64,000 bases of DNA, from the sequence record PV764603.1; one strand, written 5' to 3'. Below the pieces are notes generated by a model. The model was not told the origin of the DNA. It did no database searches and saw only the letters and a list, made by a program, of their open reading frames with translations. The position numbers and the translations under genes were made by a program. This document shows, piece by piece, positions 1 to 8,612 of the stretch (position 1 is the stretch's first letter; every line of letters starts with the position of its first letter).

Positions 1-103
1 GCGAATTTCAGTATTTATGCCGCCGCCTCAGATGGTAGCATCGGATAGCAACTCCATCTTCTAGTAACAACCAAAACGTTTGACACAACAAGGGAGAAGA
101 AAC

Positions 104-781
104 ATGTTCCAAGAAAGGGACCAAACTACAGCCAAATGGAATCCCCTCTGCCACGAACAGGTCAACTTGATTAACTCTTCGCTGATCGCGCGCCTCAAGG
201 CGAAGGCAGATGAGTATCCGGTTAACCCTTACGGTTGTGGATGGGATAGTGGCGTTCCACTGGACCTGACTGCACCGACGGCCAGTGACGCGTCGCCAGA
301 AGCTGTGTTGATTCACGATACCCGAACGCTCATCGCAGAATGCGTCCATCGCCTATCGGGCTTCTATCCATTCGATTTGTATTTCAAGGATGCGGCCTTT
401 GTTGTTCCTGCACCGCAACCTGCTTCGGTACGCTTGGTGCGACTCGCTATGGGTGCGAAGCTTAATCCGCCCCACGCTGGTACGGCGGTTGCTCCCGGCG
501 CCACGAATCGCATTGATCTGAATACGCATAGTCAGGCTCATCAGAAGATTCATATGATGATCCCGCTCTCTGCTTACGAAGGTAACGACGTGTTCTTCCC
601 CTTCTTCGATCCGAACTTGCAGGAATGGAAAGACGTGTCGCCCACCATCACTAACGCACGGGCTGACTGGACAGGCATCACGTTGTCATGGCCTGCGTGG
701 CGGTTGTGTAGGTTCAGTCCCGTCGAGGACGGCGAAGCCTACCTCCTGCTAGTCACGTTGTACGGACCTCGCTTCCAGTAA
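104..781 (+). CDS. Hypothetical protein, probably virion/baseplate-associated (225 aa)
   Basis: ATG 104 follows AAGGGAG; ORF lies directly upstream of the baseplate genes; no family recognised. Confidence 0.6.
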   Translation: MFQERDQTTAKWNPLCHEQVNLINSSLIARLKAKADEYPVNPYGCGWDSGVPLDLTAPTASDASPEAVLIHDTRTLIAECVHRLSGFYPFDLYFKDAAFVVPAPQPASVRLVRLAMGAKLNPPHAGTAVAPGATNRIDLNTHSQAHQKIHMMIPLSAYEGNDVFFPFFDPNLQEWKDVSPTITNARADWTGITLSWPAWRLCRFSPVEDGEAYLLLVTLYGPRFQ

Positions 782-807
782 GTGCCCACATCTAATTCGG
801 AACCAAC

Positions 808-1212
808 ATGGCAACCACCAACAACATCCTGTTTAGTGACTTCAACACGCTAGTCGGGTTGAATAACAAGCAAGCCATCGTCATCAATGATGATGCAGTT
901 GCCAATGTGGTGCTCAACATTGTTCTGATCCAGAAGCGCAGCCGTAAGTTTCGGATTGGGTATGGAGCATCAAGTCACTTCTTCCTGCAAAAGCAGGTGA
1001 CTGCTGAGAACGCGGAGAAGTACAGGATGACCCTCTACCAAGACCTGACCAAATGGGCCGGGTCTGTAGCCAAGTTTGATATGGCGGGCATCCAAGTGAA
1101 GCCTCTCCAGAATTACGACGGTTACGGAGTGGTCATCCTGTACAAGTCCAACCTTTCGGGTTACTACAATCAGGTTTCAGTCCAGCTGCCGTCCACCTCG
1201 GTGGCACGCTAA
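808..1212 (+). CDS. Baseplate wedge initiator, T4 gp25/GPW-like
   Basis: 134 aa; VVLNIVLIQKRSRKFRIGYGASSHFFL resembles the gp25 'I.NIL.T..GER..RP.FGS.L..L' motif; precedes a gp6-like gene. Confidence 0.75.
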   Translation: MATTNNILFSDFNTLVGLNNKQAIVINDDAVANVVLNIVLIQKRSRKFRIGYGASSHFFLQKQVTAENAEKYRMTLYQDLTKWAGSVAKFDMAGIQVKPLQNYDGYGVVILYKSNLSGYYNQVSVQLPSTSVAR

Positions 1213-1285
1213 TACCGAAAATAGGGCCAAAATAGGCCCACAGCACCCTACCCACAGGGCGCCAAATTTAGAGGCTCCAGCTTCC

Positions 1286-1333
1286 ATCTACGACCCCAAT
1301 CCTTGCGTCAAAACGCATAGTTGGGGCGTAGAT
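1286..1333 (+). other. Long imperfect intergenic stem-loop
   Basis: ATCTACG/CGTAGAT, CCCCAA/TTGGGG and TGCGT/ACGCA nested stems around loop CAAA. Confidence 0.7.
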
Positions 1334-1395
1334 TTTGGCTACATTTTCCACTCCCCAACCCTCATTTTCCTATGGCCACTGACCGGAATTCAACC

Positions 1396-3153
1396 ATGAC
1401 AACTGTAACCGCGTTGTCCAATATCCGCCCTGACTTCGATGACATTGCAGCACAGCTGGGATCGAGTCTGACGCGCAAGGCGAACTGGGCTCCGCTGCTT
1501 CCTACTCAGACTGCAAGCCTCTTGATTGAAGGCGTGGCCGCCGCCACTGCGTTCCTGCAAACCGGTGTGCAGAACAGCTTTGAAGAAACGTTCCCTCAGA
1601 CCGCCCGTATGCCTTCGAGCCTGCGGGCGTCTGCGCGTCGGCTCGGTGTCCGTCTGACGCGCAAGTCCCCTGCACAGACTCGGGTACGGCTCACGCGAGC
1701 CACCGCAGCCACGTCCGTCCTGATCCCTGAGTTCTCGGCCTTCCAAGCGCCGGGTGTGTCTCTGTTCAACCGCTCTGCCATACTGTTCCCCGTCGGTACC
1801 CTCTCCGCTGAATTCGACTTGTACGAAGGCTTTATCACTCAGGTTTCGTACACGGGTCAAGGTGCTGACAGTCAGATGATCGTTGTATCTGTCCCCGGCT
1901 TCACCATCAGCAACATGGACGTGCGGGTCACTGTCAGTGGCCGTCCGCTGCAAGTGGTGACTGATGGCATCTGGCACTACCCCATCACGAACAGTGGCGA
2001 TCCTAACTACGTGGTATCGGACAACACGCTGCCTACGGGCGAGCTTCTGCTTGAGTTCGGTAACACTCAGTTCGGCATGATCCCTCAGCGTGGTGCGCAG
2101 ATTCTTGTGTCCTATGCTGTGACCAATGGTACCTCCGGCAACAACGTACAGTTTGAGAATCAGCGCATCACGTACTCGGCCAACGGTGTTGAGTTCACTG
2201 GCAGCGCGCTTACTCCACTCACCGGAGGTACTGACGAACTTGACGCAGAGCAGTACCGCGATAGTCCGTTGATCTACGCGTCCTACGAGCGCGCGGTTGC
2301 TATTCCAGACATGCCTGCTATTGCTACGAAGTATCCCGGCGTTGTCGATGCCATCTTCCTTGGTCAGAAGGACATTGCTCCGAATCTCAAGGAATTCATG
2401 AACGTTGTCTACACCTACGTTCTGATGGATACGGGTTCTCAGATTTCTGCTACGCAGTACACGGACTTCCTCAAGTGGTGGCAGCCTCGCTCGATGCCCC
2501 TTGAGTACGTCCGCCAAACCGCCAAGCAAATTGCAGTAGACGTTGCGGGCACCATCTACATCACTGGTCAGGGCGATCCGGATTCCATCTTGGCCAAGGC
2601 GCGCGCAGCAGTTGCCAAACTGTTCACTGCACGCCAAGGTTACTTGGGTCGCGATCTGTACGTGGACGACCTTATTGACTCCATCCGTACTTCGGACCCT
2701 TACGTTGACCACGTTACCCTGACTTCACCCACCGCTGACGTTATCTGTAAGATCAACGCACCGCAGGCCCCTACTGTTACTCCGGCTACTGGCGGTACGC
2801 TCCCCAACGGTACGTACATCTATTCGGTGTCTGCTGTCTCCAATCTCAGCCCTGTGCAAGAAACGTTCGCTTCGGTGAATGGTGCGGTGACGCTGACGGG
2901 AACGAACAACGCCGCACGTATCAAGTGGAATGCAGTGGCAGGTGCTGTGCAATACAAGGTGTACGGGCGCACTGCTTCCCAAGAAATGTTCCTGCTTGCC
3001 ACGGTCAGCGCATCTTCTGCGCTTGAATTCTTGGACACGGGTTCTGTTACTACTGGCGCTGCTGTCAACAAGATCAACACTGCGGGTATCTCTTACGTTA
3101 CCCTCAACAATACGAACTTGCAGGTGGCGTTCACTGATCGAGTAGGTGTCTGA
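1396..3153 (+). CDS. Baseplate wedge subunit, T4 gp6/baseplate J-like, with C-terminal FnIII-like module
   Basis: N-terminal PDFDDIAAQL...ETFPQTARMPSSLRASARRLG, GGTDELD, RAVAIPD and GRDLYVDDL motifs are typical of gp6/J; start re-assigned to ATG 1396. Confidence 0.85.
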   Translation: MTTVTALSNIRPDFDDIAAQLGSSLTRKANWAPLLPTQTASLLIEGVAAATAFLQTGVQNSFEETFPQTARMPSSLRASARRLGVRLTRKSPAQTRVRLTRATAATSVLIPEFSAFQAPGVSLFNRSAILFPVGTLSAEFDLYEGFITQVSYTGQGADSQMIVVSVPGFTISNMDVRVTVSGRPLQVVTDGIWHYPITNSGDPNYVVSDNTLPTGELLLEFGNTQFGMIPQRGAQILVSYAVTNGTSGNNVQFENQRITYSANGVEFTGSALTPLTGGTDELDAEQYRDSPLIYASYERAVAIPDMPAIATKYPGVVDAIFLGQKDIAPNLKEFMNVVYTYVLMDTGSQISATQYTDFLKWWQPRSMPLEYVRQTAKQIAVDVAGTIYITGQGDPDSILAKARAAVAKLFTARQGYLGRDLYVDDLIDSIRTSDPYVDHVTLTSPTADVICKINAPQAPTVTPATGGTLPNGTYIYSVSAVSNLSPVQETFASVNGAVTLTGTNNAARIKWNAVAGAVQYKVYGRTASQEMFLLATVSASSALEFLDTGSVTTGAAVNKINTAGISYVTLNNTNLQVAFTDRVGV

Positions 3154-4769
3154 TGACTATCTATAACGGCGATGATCCGAATACCTTGTTGCCTAATGCT
3201 TCATCCATCAACCCACTAATCACCTACGGCTTCCATCAAGTCTATGGCAAGATGGACGGGAATGGCGTTGTTGTGGATACGATGGGCATCATGCTGCCAG
3301 AAGGTTTCCGTGATCTTGACGTGTGGCGAGACTTCGCTGATAGCGTCGATGAGGTGATGAACAGCGAGATTGCAACGCAGATCGAAAGCCTGATGAGCAC
3401 GAACGACCCGTATGCGTCTTCGGTGAATCCTGCTATTGACCGCCGTACCCTCCTGTACCTCATTGGTGCAATCGGATTCAAGTACAAGCAAAACGACGTG
3501 TTTGACATTGATGATTTGAAGCGGTTCGTTCGTCATACTCCGCAATTTTGGGGTGAGAAGGGCAACCGCTTCTTCATTCAGTACATGAGCTATGTCGTTA
3601 ACGCCCAGCTTCAAATGCAATACCTGTGGACGCAGGACTACAAGGTGTTCGTCCCCGAGGGTAGTCCGCTGATTGGTCGCCCTGTATGGGAGTCCGCAGT
3701 AAATGCCACTGCCAACGTGGTCCCATTCGGTACAGGCGATGGTGCTCAGACTGTGTTCCCCCTGATGGTGATGAACTCCACCATCGACAGCGTTTCGGGA
3801 ACCCCTACGATCTACCGCGTTGACTGGGCAGGGCAAACGCGCCTATACAACACGCCACGCACCAACCGCATTAGGCGTAGTGTTGAAATCGGTAGTTCTG
3901 CTTGGTACAACGATAATCCCACCAACCTGATTGTGCAGACCACTTCGGCGTCGGCACCTGACGGTAGCGCGACTGCCAGCGTGCTCAAACCTATGACTAC
4001 CGGCGCTAACGCAGGCTCGCTTCTTGATGGTAGCGCAGTGACGCCCGGCCCTGTGACCTGTAGCGTTTATCAATCCTCCGAGGGATTGACCGCAGGACAG
4101 AAGGTTCGGTACGCTCTGTGGAGTGTGGACTCAAGCAACGTTATCAGTCTAGTGGGCCAAACGGATTTGGAATGGACGGGCACTCAGATGCGCGTGGCCG
4201 CATACAGTGGTCTTGCCTCCAGTGTCCTGCAATCCTTGGGTGATGGTTGGTATCGCATTGAGTACACGGGTACGACTGGCGTTGGTGCTCGACTCTCTAT
4301 CCAGCCCGGCCTAACCCACACCAATCCTGTTACGGTGTGGGGCGCTCAGTTGGAGCAGGGTAGCTCTGCGACTCGCCTCATCAAGACCTACGGCGTTGAA
4401 GTAACCACCACGGATTTCGCCTTTACCAACAATAATCGGAGTATCACCCTGTCTTCGCCGCTCCCCGTTGGCGCGAGCCTCAGCTGGAGCGGAACGTACA
4501 ATCAGGCAGGCACTTGGTATCCAACAAGTCACGTATACATCGTCTACGACGTTGATAAGTTCCGAGGCTCAGTCTCGAATAATTTCAATAGTCAAGACAG
4601 CTTGGCTGCATTTTTCTACACCATCGCTCCAATTGAACTGGTAATCCAGTCCTTCGTGCTCAACGTCAACTTTGATCCTACGGTTCTACAGTTGGCAGGT
4701 GACGTGCAGATTAGCGTATATACGCCGATGGAAGTGGAAGCTATTACTCCGATGAACACTAGGGCTTGA
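3153..4769 (+). CDS. Baseplate wedge subunit (gp7/tail protein I-like) with inserted carbohydrate-binding-like domain
   Basis: Helical N-terminus (LLYLIGAIGF...LKRFVRHTPQFWGEKG..FIQYMSYV), C-terminal FFYTIAPIELV; TGATG coupling to the gp6-like gene. Confidence 0.65.
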   Translation: MTIYNGDDPNTLLPNASSINPLITYGFHQVYGKMDGNGVVVDTMGIMLPEGFRDLDVWRDFADSVDEVMNSEIATQIESLMSTNDPYASSVNPAIDRRTLLYLIGAIGFKYKQNDVFDIDDLKRFVRHTPQFWGEKGNRFFIQYMSYVVNAQLQMQYLWTQDYKVFVPEGSPLIGRPVWESAVNATANVVPFGTGDGAQTVFPLMVMNSTIDSVSGTPTIYRVDWAGQTRLYNTPRTNRIRRSVEIGSSAWYNDNPTNLIVQTTSASAPDGSATASVLKPMTTGANAGSLLDGSAVTPGPVTCSVYQSSEGLTAGQKVRYALWSVDSSNVISLVGQTDLEWTGTQMRVAAYSGLASSVLQSLGDGWYRIEYTGTTGVGARLSIQPGLTHTNPVTVWGAQLEQGSSATRLIKTYGVEVTTTDFAFTNNNRSITLSSPLPVGASLSWSGTYNQAGTWYPTSHVYIVYDVDKFRGSVSNNFNSQDSLAAFFYTIAPIELVIQSFVLNVNFDPTVLQLAGDVQISVYTPMEVEAITPMNTRA

Positions 4770-4771
4770 CC

Positions 4772-5914
4772 ATGACCCAACTTTACATCACTGAGGCAGG
4801 CATCGCTGCTGCCAACTCGTCCAGTCCTAACGGACCTATGATCCAAATCGTGTCGTTCGCCCTAGGCAGCGATTACGGATACACCCCTCCACCGTCCTCC
4901 GTGTACCCGGGCGCCAACAGCGTCGTTACTTCGCAGAGTGCGCTACGCGGCACGGTACGCTATCCAGTTGGTACTCAGCGTGCCGTACCCAGTAACTACC
5001 ACCTCGCCGCTGATGGTATCACAGGCGTGTTCACGCTAGTGGTAGGTCTGGACGTGGGCGACTTCTCGTTTGGTGAAGTCGCACTCTACATGCCCGGCAA
5101 CGTCATGTTCGGTATTGCAGTTCTTCCTCAACTGCAAACCAAACTGACTACCACACAGAGTCAGACGGGCAACATCATCAACATGACGGTCAGCTTCCAG
5201 CTGAACGGTGTCAAGCCCAACATCACTGTGCAGAATGTCACGACCGCACTGGCTGATATTCGCACGGTCGGTACCGTTGACGTGATGAGTCCCCCTTCGG
5301 CCAGCCCTACCAACAACGCCATTTCTTTGCAGGTTGATGAATACAACCGCAGCAACTTGATGACGAAGCGTGACACCGACCTGTGGCAGTCCCAGCAGTA
5401 TGACTGGATTGTACATGAAGGTGTTGTGCAGGTATCGGGCGACAAGACTCTGAGTGATGCGACTCTGGCTACGTCGCCTATCTACGTTGCACCGGGCCGC
5501 TACATTCTGCAATTCACCAGTGGTGCGTTGAAAGGTCAGGTTCGCCAAATCACAGCCTTCCCTGTGTGGGCTGCAAGTGTGGTTCGTCGCGTGGGTGACG
5601 TTATTCAGCCTACCAACAATCCCAACGTCCTACTTAGGTGTACTACCGCTGGCACTTCGGGTACTGCACAGCCAACGTGGAACACTGGCACTTCGGGTGC
5701 CACCACTACGGATGGCACGGCGGTGTGGACGTATACGCCCAACAGGGATTCTCCGAATACCACGCTTTCGTGGGCGGGCTCTACCTCTTCCAATGCGCTG
5801 AACGGCGTTACCTACGCTGTGTACCGTGCCGCATCTTTCAGTGGCATTCGTCAGTACATCGGCGAATACATGCTAGACGCAATGCCCATCAACTATTACA
5901 ACCAACACCACTGA
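4772..5914 (+). CDS. Tail-collar fibre protein (P2 gpH N-terminus/DUF3751-like)
   Basis: MTQLYITEAGIAAA...IVSFALGSD...GDFSFGEVALY..GNVMFGIA pattern of tail-collar fibre N-termini. Confidence 0.7.
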   Translation: MTQLYITEAGIAAANSSSPNGPMIQIVSFALGSDYGYTPPPSSVYPGANSVVTSQSALRGTVRYPVGTQRAVPSNYHLAADGITGVFTLVVGLDVGDFSFGEVALYMPGNVMFGIAVLPQLQTKLTTTQSQTGNIINMTVSFQLNGVKPNITVQNVTTALADIRTVGTVDVMSPPSASPTNNAISLQVDEYNRSNLMTKRDTDLWQSQQYDWIVHEGVVQVSGDKTLSDATLATSPIYVAPGRYILQFTSGALKGQVRQITAFPVWAASVVRRVGDVIQPTNNPNVLLRCTTAGTSGTAQPTWNTGTSGATTTDGTAVWTYTPNRDSPNTTLSWAGSTSSNALNGVTYAVYRAASFSGIRQYIGEYMLDAMPINYYNQHH

Positions 5915-5926
5915 GGATTTCCCAAC

Positions 5927-6274
5927 ATGGCTTTCACTCCTTCCTCCGGCGTCCTCGGTCAGATCAGGCCCTCAGGCGCAACTGAGACTGTTCTCTACAC
6001 TTGCCCTGCTGATGCACGTGCCTCTGTCAGCATTACCTGCTGCAACACGGATAGCGGCTCTACCACTGTAACGGTCAAGGTGAGGTCAGGTTCCACGTCC
6101 ACTGCTCTTGTGAGCGGTGCTCAGTTGGCACCCGCAGGTGAACAGGGACACTCAATCGACATTCGTGCTCTGATTCTTGGGCCGGGCCAGTCGGTAGCAG
6201 TCACTAGCTTCAGTGGTACTGTAGATTTCAGCGCAATCGGGTACACGGCGCCTTCCAACGTCGTTGCGTTCTAA
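5927..6274 (+). CDS. Small beta-rich virion protein (115 aa)
   Basis: GAGG RBS, beta-rich sequence, located between fibre genes. Confidence 0.6.
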   Translation: MAFTPSSGVLGQIRPSGATETVLYTCPADARASVSITCCNTDSGSTTVTVKVRSGSTSTALVSGAQLAPAGEQGHSIDIRALILGPGQSVAVTSFSGTVDFSAIGYTAPSNVVAF

Positions 6275-6284
6275 GAGGTGACCG

Positions 6285-8570
6285 ATGATTACCCATCAGG
6301 ATACACTGTTCTCCAACATCCTATACGGAAATAATTGGAGTGCAGCTACCTACCAAGCCGCAAATCGGTTCACCATCCAAGGTGACAAGCGAACTTCGTA
6401 TGAGGTAGGTACCCAGGTTCAGATTCTCACGTCCGCCGTAGCTACCATGCAGTACAGCTACGTCAGTGCAGTCACATTCGCATCCAACGTCACTACGGTG
6501 ACAGTCAGCGACGGCCTGTTCGCCTCGGGTCAGAAGATCAATGTTCGTGCGTCGCCGTTTGGCGCCAACAACATGCCCCTCGGCCGACGCTTCAAAGAAA
6601 TCAGCGTGTTCGGTGCGAACGGTCTAACGATCTCGAATGCGAGTCCGAAGTTCACCTTGTTCGTGGAGGGCGTTGGCGCAGGCAAAGTCAACACGTTCAC
6701 TTTCCAGCCGGGCTCTGACGGTATCTCGTTCAAGGTGGGACGTGATGCGATTGGTCTCGATGCCATGCGCATCGACGCCACTTCGACTGCCATCACCAAG
6801 GTGACGTTGTTCTCGCCCCTGACCTTTGGCGCGACGTATACGGGCGCCCTGACTTCGCTGACCGACCTTCTGACGATTGGTCAATACGCACTGACCTATT
6901 CGGCTACGGGTTCTTCGACCGGCAGCAATCGTCTGTATATCTCCGGCCCTAATGGCGGCGAGTTCACCGTTGGTCCTACCAACGATGCTCAGGTATTCCG
7001 TCGTATTCGACTGCGTGCTACTGACGTTGTGGTCGAGAACAATCCCGGCGGTTCCTCGCAAGCAGGCTCGATCTGGCATAGCCTCAACTTCGATCCTGAC
7101 ACCCGTGTTACCAAGGGTCAGAATGGTTCTTGGATGGATTCGGCTTACACTGCGATCAACAACCTTAACAACGCTCAGGGGTATTTCAACCAGTGGGCAT
7201 CGGGCGCCGCACAGGCTCCTGTTGCAGGTTCGACGGGTGTTGTGCAAACCATGCACAGTGCGGGTGGCAACAACTTTAACCCTGTGGCTGGTGCTTCGCT
7301 GGTGCAGACGGCTTATGTCACCAATGGCACCGCACCTGCCCTGTATGTGCGACGCAACGTAGGTGCTTCGGGTTGGTCTGCATGGACTAAGCTGTATACC
7401 CAAGCAGATTTCTCGCTTGGCGATTACGTCAAGATCGCAGGCGGTGATACCATCCAGTCCCCGATCACTGTACGTACTGCCTTGTCCGTTGGCACGACTG
7501 CGGATGCAACGTCCACCCTGAACTTCGGTACCTCGGCCAGTCCCAACGGTCCTGCTGCTACCATTTCTGTTACGGGCGGCGCAGCGACCACGGGTCGTGG
7601 TGCAATGACTATCAACGCGCAGTCCATCGCGCTGCCTGCACTGAACGTCAACGGTACGATGAACGTTTCGGGCGCTGCTTCGATGGCGGGCCCACTGACC
7701 ATCACTACTGGCTCCATACTGCTGGGTAACGGCACGTATGGGGAATCGCGTATTAGCAATACCTTCGACGACTGGTATTTGTATTCCAGTCCTACGGGAC
7801 TTGGCTGGTACAGTATCAGTAAGGGTAGTGCTTTCTCACTGGACAAGAACAGCAAGGCGTTCACGTTCAATGGTGCGGGTACCATCAACGGTCAGACTAC
7901 CATCAATGGTGGTCTGAACGTGGCGAGCGGTAGCGGCATCATCACTTCGGGTAACGTTGTTGGCGCTAACGGCAACTTCTCCAATGACGTGTTTGCCCCG
8001 GGTGCTTTCCGTGGCGCTCGCCTGCACATCTATGCAAACTGTATTGCCTATGGCCAGGGTTTCCTCCCTAGTTGGAACGACTACGGTGATGGCGCAACGG
8101 TCCTGACTAACGCACGCGGCGGTGGTACGGGCGGCTTCAAGTTCCGTCAGATGAACAGTGATGGCGGTGGTCAGGTCTTCCTTGCCTTCATCAACCCGAA
8201 CGGTACCATCGGTTCGGCGTCGGACGAACGCATGAAGGAATTCGGTAAGGTACTCGACCTGTCTGACGCTCTTCGGTTCATCCGTGAGCAGCGAGTCAAG
8301 CACGTCAAGTGGAAGCACACCGGCGAGGAGGATATTGCGTTTGGTGCGCAGAGCATCTTCAAGACCACTAGATTCCTAGCCCACTACGACAAGGGTGCTG
8401 ACTTCTGGCAGCTGTACTACCCGAAGGTAGCTCTGTACCATCACGAAGCTCTCTTCCATATCCTTGAAGTGCAGAACAATCACGAAGCCGACATTCAGAT
8501 TCTGATTCGCAAGAACGAAAATCTGGAAGAGGAAGTGAAGCAGCTGCGCGAACGGTTGGATTCTCTCTAA
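6285..8570 (+). CDS. Tail fibre with C-terminal peptidase S74 intramolecular chaperone
   Basis: Gly/Thr/Asn-rich beta repeats; SDERMKE autocleavage motif, DIAFGAQ, and a C-terminal coiled coil (LEEEVKQLRERL). Confidence 0.88.
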   Translation: MITHQDTLFSNILYGNNWSAATYQAANRFTIQGDKRTSYEVGTQVQILTSAVATMQYSYVSAVTFASNVTTVTVSDGLFASGQKINVRASPFGANNMPLGRRFKEISVFGANGLTISNASPKFTLFVEGVGAGKVNTFTFQPGSDGISFKVGRDAIGLDAMRIDATSTAITKVTLFSPLTFGATYTGALTSLTDLLTIGQYALTYSATGSSTGSNRLYISGPNGGEFTVGPTNDAQVFRRIRLRATDVVVENNPGGSSQAGSIWHSLNFDPDTRVTKGQNGSWMDSAYTAINNLNNAQGYFNQWASGAAQAPVAGSTGVVQTMHSAGGNNFNPVAGASLVQTAYVTNGTAPALYVRRNVGASGWSAWTKLYTQADFSLGDYVKIAGGDTIQSPITVRTALSVGTTADATSTLNFGTSASPNGPAATISVTGGAATTGRGAMTINAQSIALPALNVNGTMNVSGAASMAGPLTITTGSILLGNGTYGESRISNTFDDWYLYSSPTGLGWYSISKGSAFSLDKNSKAFTFNGAGTINGQTTINGGLNVASGSGIITSGNVVGANGNFSNDVFAPGAFRGARLHIYANCIAYGQGFLPSWNDYGDGATVLTNARGGGTGGFKFRQMNSDGGGQVFLAFINPNGTIGSASDERMKEFGKVLDLSDALRFIREQRVKHVKWKHTGEEDIAFGAQSIFKTTRFLAHYDKGADFWQLYYPKVALYHHEALFHILEVQNNHEADIQILIRKNENLEEEVKQLRERLDSL

Positions 8571-8595
8571 GGACATTGGGCACAGGGACGTGCTC
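8569..8595 (+). promoter_or_regulatory. Tandem ANGGA sites with GCAC-AGGGAC-GTGC hairpin (CsrA/RsmA-type site)
   Basis: ACAGGGACGT matches (A/U)CANGGANG(U/A) exactly; a second AAGGAC lies 15 nt upstream. Confidence 0.6.
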
Positions 8596-8612
8596 CTTTT
8601 TAGGTAGAGGCT

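Noticed and set aside
1-48. Frame-1 fragment ANFSIYAAASDGSIG* as the end of an upstream baseplate gene
   Set aside because: Too short to support a call.
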